NCBI RefSeq assembly: GCF_006345805.1
Contig: NC_042997.1
Location: 181,536,001-181,600,000, forward strand
Source of the DNA: Octopus sinensis
Taxonomy: Eukaryota
Direction of reading: 5' to 3'
DNA length: 64,000 nucleotides
Shown here in pieces: positions 55,076 to 64,000 of this stretch; the stretch's first letter is position 1, and each line of letters opens with the position of its first letter. The position numbers and the translations under genes were made by a program. The notes beneath the pieces were generated by a model that saw only the letters and a list, made by a program, of their open reading frames with translations, was not told the DNA's origin and ran no database searches.

Positions 55076-55267
55076 GATCGGTAGCCACTACACACACTCT
55101 TTTTCTCTCCTTGTTTCTCTCCTTGTTTTTTACTGTGTCCCTTTCTGTAGAAGAGCGTAGGCTCGAAACATAAAAGACATTTTCTATTCCTGAGCGTTAT
55201 ACTAAAGCATCTGTTTGTTTTTTACACAACCTGTCTTCGTCTTCTGTTTTTTTTTCGTGAGCTCTCC

Positions 55268-55270
<3 letters not shown>
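55076..55270 (+). mobile_element. ~190-bp (TA)n-embedded repeat with a variant hammerhead-like motif, copy 2
   Basis: CTTT CTGTAGAA GAGC GTAG GCTC GAAACAT A AAAG at 55141-55176; homolog of 20524-20705. Confidence 0.7.
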
Positions 55271-55322
<52 letters not shown>

Positions 55323-56139
55323 ATATATATGCATATTGGCTTATAGGTAGATACACACACTTGTATTTGACGAAGTCTAATAATTGCATTGTCTTAATTT
55401 TCCAAAACTTTGAATCTACTTATATAGGAAATTATCTCCCTTGCTTGTTTTTAGATTTGAACTCACATACACACATACATACCTACACACAAATATATAC
55501 ATCATGCACAACACACCTTCGAAATTTTTTTTTACTCCCTCTGCCGACCACCCCAACCATTACTTTCTCTCGGCTTTTGTCTTGACCCTGAACAACGTTC
55601 CTTCCATTCCTTGTTTCAAGAGAAAACAATAGACTATAGACTATCCTTCTTTTGCAAACTTTTACCCACACGGCTTAAATTTCCATCCTTAATTTACTTA
55701 ACCTACACTTCCACAGCAGAGCTAAGTCCTTTTCCCAACATTGATACGCGTATAACAAAAGAAATGTAACCACACATATATTCCTAGCCTAACAGGCCTC
55801 ATAATATACGCACATACACACATATATCCATGCACAACACTCTACACATAAAGATGTAGCATACATTTACGCACTCCATACACACATATTTTGCATCGCA
55901 TACGCGCATTACACGCACCTTAATTTCATACGCAATTTTTCATTATTATCTGTTCTAAAAATCGCAAATTTATTTCTTGAGTGTTTTCTCTCTTGTCGGT
56001 TGACCTCGACTCACGCTCAAAGACTCAGCGTAACACTTCTAAAACTCACATACACACACCTACATCACTTTTCCACGTACATTCAGGGTGGATGCAACTC
56101 GCACGTGAGTATGACCATCACTCACAAATTTTCCTAGAT

Positions 56140-56429
56140 CAGTGATTCCCAATGTAGGGCATACGTCCCACCAGCGGTACCTGGGAAAATTGTGGACGAG
56201 CGTGGTACCGTAGTCGCTAGGTACAAGGTTCTCAATAAAGTGACTCATTTTTTTACCTTAGATAATAATGTGGGTTTTTGTATTCAGTATTTAATAAAAG
56301 AGTTATCTGTAGATTCTTTTGTATTAAATAATTCTAATAAAGTATTAAAAATAATGTTTTTTTCCCAACCACAAGTGAGGAACACATTTTTATATTGAGG
56401 TGTGGGGAAAAAAAGGTTAGGAAACACTG
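56140..56429. mobile_element. hAT (Charlie-like) MITE
   Basis: TIRs CAGTGATTCCCAA / TTAGGAAACACTG; 8-bp flanks TCCTAGAT / TCCTGGAC. Confidence 0.78.
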
Positions 56430-56679
56430 TCCTGGACGTTAAGGACAATTTGTATTTGCAATGCTTGCTCTGAAATTTAATGTCACTGACAGCTTCCACA
56501 ACATTGCTTAGGTTCCATATACAAAACCAAGTAGTCCATACACAACAAGAGCAAGATCTCCGGCTTCGCAATGAGAGGAAAGCTATTTGACAGGCCGCTT
56601 TTCGTCCTTCCGGCTTGATAGGGCTGTCGATTTAGCTGCTGACAGCTCGACCATATAACAGGTTGTACTACCATACCTG

Positions 56680-57045
56680 TATGCATTTGAGCTTTGGTGT
56701 TGGAGAAGACTTTTTCGGATTCCATGGACAGCGAGGCTCACCAATGGAGAAGTTCTTAACCAGATCAAGCCGAAACTGTCGCTAGAAGCTAGGATCACCA
56801 AGCATAGATTAGCATATTTCGGTCATATTATGCGGAGAAAATCCCTGGAGAAGGACATCATGCTCGGAATGGTCAGTGGCAAGAGAAGAAGAGGCCGACC
56901 AAGAACCCGTTGGCTTGACACTATCAAGAGTGACACGGAAATGGCCATAGCCAGTATGAAAGAAGCGACCCAGGATAAAACTGGCTGGAGAACACTGATC
57001 CATCGAGTAATCGAGAGTCGACCTCGACTGAACGATAGATAGACT
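56680..57045 (+). pseudogene. RTE (BovB-like) LINE 3' end
   Basis: AFELWCWRRLFRIPWTARLTN..LAYFGHIMRRKSLEKDIMLGMVSGKRRRGRPRTRWLD. Confidence 0.9.
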
Positions 57046-57949
57046 ACCATACCTACCTACCTACCTACTTACCTACCTACCTACCTACCTACCTACCTAC
57101 CTACCTACACATACATACATACATACATACATACATACATACATACATACATACCACGGTATTTTCTTCAATAGTTTCTGTCACTTTGGTTGAACTCACC
57201 ACAAAGAAAAAGAAGAAAAAATATGGATTACCTCACTTTTTCTCTGGTATTTAACTGTCAAGTGTATACACGTGTGTGAACTTTAGATTTCCGAAATTAA
57301 CTTTTTTCTCCCGCATATCTATGCATTACTGGATACTCCACAGCTGTACACAACCATAACATTTTTTTTACAACTGTAGACATATTTCTTTTCGATAATG
57401 TTATTTAATTTACTCATATACATAGATAGTAGATAGATAGATAGACTCGGCACAAACGCAAACTTATATCGTGAAGGCATGCACTTATGGTATTCTCTGA
57501 ATGATGCATAGAAAAAAAATACAATTTATATTACACGGGCAAATGAAACCACATCACAGTACGTTGCACTCCTGCCACATGTGTGTGTGTGTGTATGTGT
57601 ATAAATTATTGAAAGAAATATACACTTATTTAAAATACAATTGGCAAAATACTTCTACATATATAAAATATCCTTTGAAGGAAATCATATATAATTCAAT
57701 AAAAAATACACGCACTTTATGTAGAAATTCCTTTGAAGAAAATTATATATAGTCCAATCAAATACACATACACACATTCTTTGGGAACATGAAGTAAGTA
57801 AAAAATACAAGGCAATAAAAATAAATGATCATTTAGGCTTTTTAATCTTCACTTTTTATACATACCTCTATTTCTTTTATAGAATATGGCATCATTACCA
57901 TTACCTTTCTTTTACGAACCTTAAACGCTTACATATATTCTTTCTCATA

Positions 57950-59000
57950 ACAATTCAGTGCTACAGTTACAGATAATTTAACTTTTACGCTTCGTTCAGA
58001 ATTTGGATAGTATTCTGAAAATAGCTGCAAAGCACGAGAATTTCATTAGCTTGTTCTGATAAGACTTTTATTTTTAAAACTGATTGCGGAGCAGTCTCTT
58101 TTTCTCTTCCGAATAAGACATTTGCAGTTCTGCCGACTTCCAACAGGTTTCATAGGCGAGAGGCTGGATATCAGCATGCAATAAATCATGATTATCACCT
58201 GTATAAAATTTCTACAAATACATCTTCCTATGCCGTTTGCACAGAGCTTTGCTGATTAAGACGATTTCCACTATTCTATGGTCTACATTAACTAAATTTG
58301 AACGATTATTTTCCCAAAGCTATTGATATATGTATGTTTAACATACATATATCAATACATATATCCTAAGCATCTTTTGAATGGTTTTATTGCGTGCATA
58401 ATACAATTTTCCTGGGAATTCTTCAACGGACTGATGCTTATTATCAGTAGCTGTAATCAATTAACTTAGAGTTCTAGGATTATATGCTTTGAAGATAGAC
58501 ACACAGGTCTGTTATAGTTAGGTTGTATTGGTTGGAATAAAAAGGACTTCAACAGGTGAATCGAGAACTGAAGGATGATTTAGATCTGGAGCATTGTTCA
58601 AAAGGTGAAGTGCTTTGGTTGGTCTCCAAATTATTCTTCCAGCAATAGTGTTTCACAACACGGTAAAAATGTTCAACGTACCCTTCAGAAAACAAATCTT
58701 GCGTAGCCCTGGTTTTTATCCCGTTACCTTTCCTTAAAGCAGGAAAACTAGACTTGGAAGTATCTTTCTTAGAATACCACAATTATAAACAAACAATAGT
58801 TTGACTTTCAAGACTTCAGTAGCATTTACTTTTAAGAGCAAAGTGAGACGATTTTTCGTCGCTTTATTCTCCAGCACATTCTTCTTTTCAATGTAATAAA
58901 AGCTTAAGATAAGGAAATTTCCAAAATGACTTACATTCCTCAACAGTAAAAACTCGATTAAAAAGATATTTACGACATTCCCTTTAATTGTATTAGAAGT
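57950..59000 (-). pseudogene. Degenerate Tigger/pogo transposase (DDE_1 domain)
   Basis: KATKNRLTLLLKVNATEVLKVKLLFVY (cf. KDRLTLLLGANAAGDFKLKPLLIY), ATQDLFSE..HF..VKHYC, LLNNAP, PTNTT, FKAY. Confidence 0.75.
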
Positions 59001-59469
59001 TCTGATGTAACATGCATATGAACATTGAGAATCTGCTATGATCTGAATACAAAAGAATCAATGGTAGCTATGGCGATTAGATAGTTTCTTGAAATTTTCA
59101 AAGCATCTATAGAATATAAAATATGCGTTTTTTGATACATTCGTCCTTCCAACAAACCAAACAACCAACCAGCCAACCAACTAACCTATCAAAGTATCCA
59201 CCTACATACCTACCTACCTACCTACCTACCTACCTACCTACCTACCTACCTACCTACCTACCTACTTACCTACCTACCTACCCACCTACCTACCTACCAA
59301 CCTACCTACCAACTTACCTACCTATCAACTAAACAACTAACGTACGTAAATATATATCTACCTGTTTCGTACATACATACAACATAAGTATATAAATACA
59401 AATATATATTTACTATTATATACATATTAATACATAAGTAATTGCCTTATTAGCAAATTTGAAAATCTG

Positions 59470-59605
59470 GACCACAGTTATAAACAAACAATAGTTTGAG
59501 TTTCAAGTCTTCAGCAGTATTTACTTCTAACAGCAAAGTGAAACAATTTTTCGTCGCTTTATTCTCCAGCACTTTCTTCCCACCACTGAAATAAAAGTTT
59601 AAGAG
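59470..59605 (-). repeat. Second copy of the Tigger segment at 58777-58910
   Basis: Same-orientation diverged copy (ttataaacaaacaatagtttga..tttttcgtcgctttattctccagcac). Confidence 0.85.
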
Positions 59606-59716
59606 AACAATAAAGCTATACAAGGCACAACTAAGAAAACTTCAGTTTGAAATCTTTAATAGAAGTGTGAAAATATATAAGACAATACAAAAATTAGTTT
59701 GTAGAATGCGCAAATA

Positions 59717-60974
59717 TCAGGCGGAGTAAAAAGTAAGCAACAATTTGAAACAAGAAATTCATCACAATGAATTTCAACTATGTAAAAATTTTATTCATTA
59801 AAGTAAGTACCATTACAATCAACACATTTTTGTTAACGAGTTAGAAGTTTGTTTATTCCGGTAACATAAATTCTGGAGTTCTGGAGCTGATGAACTCTTT
59901 GAACTTACTTTCAGCATCGGTTTGATTTTTGAACTACTCTCGCAGGAAACTATCAAGGTTCTTGAAAAAATTGTAGCCGACTGGAGAAAGGTCTAGGGAA
60001 TAAGTTGGGTGGGGAAAAACTTCGTAGTTAACTTCCCTCAATTTCTGAAGCGTCATTAATGAAACGCGTGATCGAGCCTTGTCAAAAAGAATGATTGGCC
60101 CTCTTCTGTTGACCAGTCTGGAACAGAGGAGTAGTAGTTTTTCGTTCATTTTGACAATTTCATGTTTCTGCAGTAATGGTTTTTCCGGGTTTTAAGAAGT
60201 TATAGTGCATGAGTCCAGCGGTACACCACTAGAAAACCATAATCTTCTTTTTGAAGCGGTCGGGTTTAGGGAAGGTTTCCGGTGCTTCATTTTGGTCCAA
60301 CCATCGCGAAGAATGTTTTTTTTTTATTATTATTGTATAGAATTCACTTTTCATCGCAAGTTACAATACGGTCGGGAAATAGATCGGTCTGGTTACGGAG
60401 AAGAGGCGCCGAACAAATTTCATATCTGCGCATTTTGTGATTTTCATTGAAATCGTGTAGTACCGATTATCGTGCTTTTTTGATTTTCCGATCGCATGCA
60501 AAAGGTAGCAGGCAGTTTTCTGGCCAACTTGAAGTTCTTTTGCCAGTTCTCGAGCGGTTTTACGTGAATCTTTCTCAATAACGGTCTTTAATTGACCGTC
60601 ATCGATGACAGACGGGCATCCTCTACGCTCAGGTTTCCACTGCGAAATCGCTTAAACCATTTTCGAGTTGACTATTCACTGGCCGTTTCCTCACCAAACG
60701 TTTCGTTGATATTGCGAGCAATTTCAGCTGTTTTACGTCCTCTTTTTTGAAGTTGAATAGCAAAATTGATCGAATATAGCACTTTGATAGTTCCATTTCA
60801 TATGATTGTAACAACGGTGAAAAGAATATCAAAGTTAATTTATTGATGCATTTAAGCAAGTCTATGTCTGTATCATCAGACAATTTCAAAGAAATGTTTA
60901 AAAAAATTCAAAACTCTGCAAAATCCGGTACAAATTCTTCATGGTTCAAAACGTTGCTTATTTACTCAATCTGA
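59717..60974 (-). mobile_element. Full-length degenerate mariner element
   Basis: TIRs TA|TCAGGCGGAGTAAAAAGTAAGCAAC / GTTGCTTATTTACTCAATCTGA|TA; IRSILLFNFK, LVNRRGPIILFDKAR, HPTYSLDLSPVGY. Confidence 0.88.
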
Positions 60975-61058
60975 TAAATACATATCGACAATATATGTAA
61001 GTGTAGTGTCTGACAGTTCGCAGAAGCGAATGTTTAGGCCACTGTGCTTGAAGCGTCG

Positions 61059-61293
61059 AAACAAGGACAGACATAGGTATTAAGTCGATTACATCGACCC
61101 CAGTGCATAACTGGTACTTAATTTATCGACCCCGAAAGGATGAAAGGTTGAGGTCAACTTTGCTTTTCATCCTTTCGGGGTCGATAAATTAAGTACCAGT
61201 TACGCACTGGGGTCGATGTAATCGACTTAATACCTATGTCTGTCCTTGTTTGTCCCCTCTATATTTAGCCCCTTGTGGGTAATAAAGAAATAG
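61059..61293. mobile_element. SINE family A 3' half with inverted duplication (palindrome 61059-61251)
   Basis: ~89-bp arms, near-perfect reverse complements, 15-nt spacer. Confidence 0.9.
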
Positions 61294-61314
61294 GTAATGA
61301 ATGTGTATGAGTGC

Positions 61315-61367
<53 letters not shown>

Positions 61368-61419
61368 TTCGTCTCCATATATGTGTGTGTGTGTGCGTGT
61401 TTGTGTGTGTGTGTGCTGG

Positions 61420-61884
61420 GGCTGAAGTTCTTGACTGGCTATTCTGACTGATTTCTGAGGGATGCGCTGGAAGGCCTGCTGAACGTGTTCAACCGTATCA
61501 TCTAAAGTTGAGAGGCGTCCTGTTCTCTTTGCCGAGCACAAACACCCCGCTTTCTTAAATTTTGCATGCCAATTCAAAATCGAACGTCTGTCTAGTGCCT
61601 GCTTGGTAAATGTCGTTTGAAACTTGCGTTGAACACGTGTCCATGATTCAGTTTTAGCGTATTTTAGGACGCAGAATGACTTCCCATCTTTTGTGAATGA
61701 CATTGCTGGATCTGAAAAAAGTCAAAAAACAAAATTAGATTTAATTAATTATATTAAGATTAAATTAACAGGAGAAAATTTGACACTTTTAGCTGTTAAA
61801 TAGTACCAGTTCAATCATGCTACCATTTTTTGTTCATTGTATAAGAGTTCATAGAATGTGACGTAGACTTTTGAAACACCTTGT
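61420..61884 (-). mobile_element. 5' fragment of a Tc1/mariner-superfamily element (DUF4817-like HTH)
   Basis: FCVLKYAKTESWTRVQRKF..ILNWHAKFKKAGC..RTGR..PQKSVRIASQEL; terminus TA|CAAGGTGTTTCAAAAG. Confidence 0.8.
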
Positions 61885-61986
61885 ATACATACATACCTAT
61901 ACATACACACACACATACATACATACATGCATGCATGCATACATACACATACATATATATATGCATAAATACAATATATATACATC

Positions 61987-62049
<63 letters not shown>

Positions 62050-62187
62050 TTATATGATTCTAAACAAAACTGTTTTTGTGATATTTTTGCTGATTTTTAA
62101 TAAAGCATATTACTCTACCTCTGGTATTCGGATACTATTTTTTCCACCTTGTTTCGCTTTTATGTGTCTACTTTGGTGTGTGTGTGC

Positions 62188-62234
<47 letters not shown>

Positions 62235-62789
62235 CTGTATATATTCTTTTATTCCTTTATCTTTTTACTTGCTTCAAGCATTTGATTTATTCTTTGTAAG
62301 CTTAGTGCTTATTCTATCGGTCTCTTTTGCCGAACCATACGATGCATTACGGATCTATAGCAATTGGAAGGGCGTGACCCAGTTCAAATAAACATTAACA
62401 ACTGTGTGATGTGAGGGCTGAGGGGAAATGAAAGTGTCACCTCTGGAGTTTGCCAATGATTACTATGATGATAGGTAACTGAACAGAATAAATTTGCAAT
62501 CTATAAGTCTCTTTGAATGACCTGTCACTTATCTGGAAAGGTCTTGAAATAAACGTTACCATCTGGAGACTATTTCTGACTCAGTGATAATAAAAAGACT
62601 CAAAGGAGGTCTGCAACCAAATAACTTTACTCAAAGTAACACTTTGCAACTGAATCAGTAGAGGCAAAGATGCCTACTTGATAATGTATGCGCCACATTG
62701 CAGAAATCACAATCTAAGTATATCTCAAAGCAAACTTTTACACTGTTGTACCATTGAATTACAAATAACGCTCATCTTGTATCCTCGGG

Positions 62790-63660
62790 TGACTCTATAG
62801 CTTCCAAGACTACAATTGTATTTGTCTTAGGAAAAATGACAAAATTGTGGGGGTTGAGCCCCCATTGAGGGATCTTACTAACCTCCTAAAAAGTTGAAAT
62901 TTTAGGAATATTACTTCATTTCTTTCTAATATCTATGGTTAACAGCAAAAATATATGAATTTTCATGGGAGTTGCGGCCTCATTTATGCCCACTTGCTTT
63001 CAAACATATACTGCATTACATTCACCCTTATGCATAGAATGTAATTTCCAAATTTCATAATGATCCATCCAGTACCTTTGACTTTGTTTTGGATCATAAA
63101 AAAATGACTAAAATTTGGGAGTTAAGGCCCCCATTAGAGGGTCTTAGAATCTTCGTTGGAAGCGGAAACTTTGGGAATATTTTTTGATTTGTGTCAATTA
63201 CCTATTATTGAAATTTCATCAACATCGGAAATTTATGAATTTTAAAAGGGAATTCTGCCCCCCTTTAACCCCCCACCCAATTCAAACCAAACATACTGCA
63301 TTATACCCGCCCTTATGCGTTGAATCTAAGTTCCAAATATTGGAAGAATCCATTCAGTAATTTTGGTTCATGAAAAATGACTAAAATTTGAGGGTTAAGC
63401 CCTCCTTAGGGGGTCTTAGAATCATTCAAGTAAATGGAAATTTTGGGTATATTTTTCAATATTTTTCTACCTATGGTTCAATTTTCATCAAAATCCGAAG
63501 CACATGGATTTTTACGGGGGGTTCTGCCCCCTTAAAATTGCATGAAACATACGGCATTACCCTTCTCCCTAAGCTTAGATTTTGTGTTCCAAATTTCATT
63601 AGGATCGGTCCAGTAGTTTTCGAGTCTATAAGTATCACACAAACACACATACACTGACTT

Positions 63661-63670
<10 letters not shown>
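62790..63670 (-). mobile_element. Helitron-like non-autonomous element with ~270-bp internal subrepeats
   Basis: Minus strand begins TATATATCAAAGTCAGTGTATGTGTG..ACTACTGGACCGATCCTAATGAAATTTGG; AAAATGAC(T)AAAATT..GGGTT recurs near 62833, 63100 and 63374. 3' CTAG not located. Confidence 0.6.
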
Positions 63671-63706
<36 letters not shown>

Positions 63707-63948
63707 TAAGCAATTAAGGGTTTAGCAACGAATTGCCTTACCACACACCGAATTTAGAAATAGCAGTCAAAGAGATTATAGCTATTTCTTCTACTAAAAG
63801 GGAGATCACAGTAAAGGCACAGCATTTGAAAGGCAAACACAAACAATATATATATATATATACTGCTGCTGTACATATATATAAATATATAAACTGATAC
63901 GAGTAGATACTAGAACTAGATCTTAGTCACAAGACTGATATATATATA

Positions 63949-64000
<52 letters not shown>

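Overview
AT-rich, repeat-saturated animal genomic DNA. The tRNA-derived SINEs, the very long (TA)n/(CA)n/(TCTA)n microsatellites and the transposon mix suggest an octopod cephalopod (inference, not a database match). I found no host protein-coding exon; most entries in the ORF track are translated microsatellites, SINEs or antisense TE frames. Recognisable content: mariner/Tc1/Tigger transposase remnants (one still-open DD34D frame at 1-957 that the ORF track misses), CR1/L2, RTE, R4/Dong-like, Tx1-like and Penelope-like retroelement fragments, nested Helitrons, MITEs, two long inverted-repeat structures and many SINEs. The main result is a tandem array at 52087-54882 of about 5.7 copies of a ~490-bp non-coding unit. 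Each of the six copies carries a type I hammerhead ribozyme with an unusually large stem II insert, and the unit folds by eye into a closed, nested structure: a retrozyme-like circular-RNA locus. Two more unrelated hammerheads (26003-26061, 50744-50829) and a core-variant hammerhead family (~20.6 kb and ~55.15 kb) sit in islands inside microsatellites. All folds were read by eye and none was computed; boundaries of degenerate elements are approximate.
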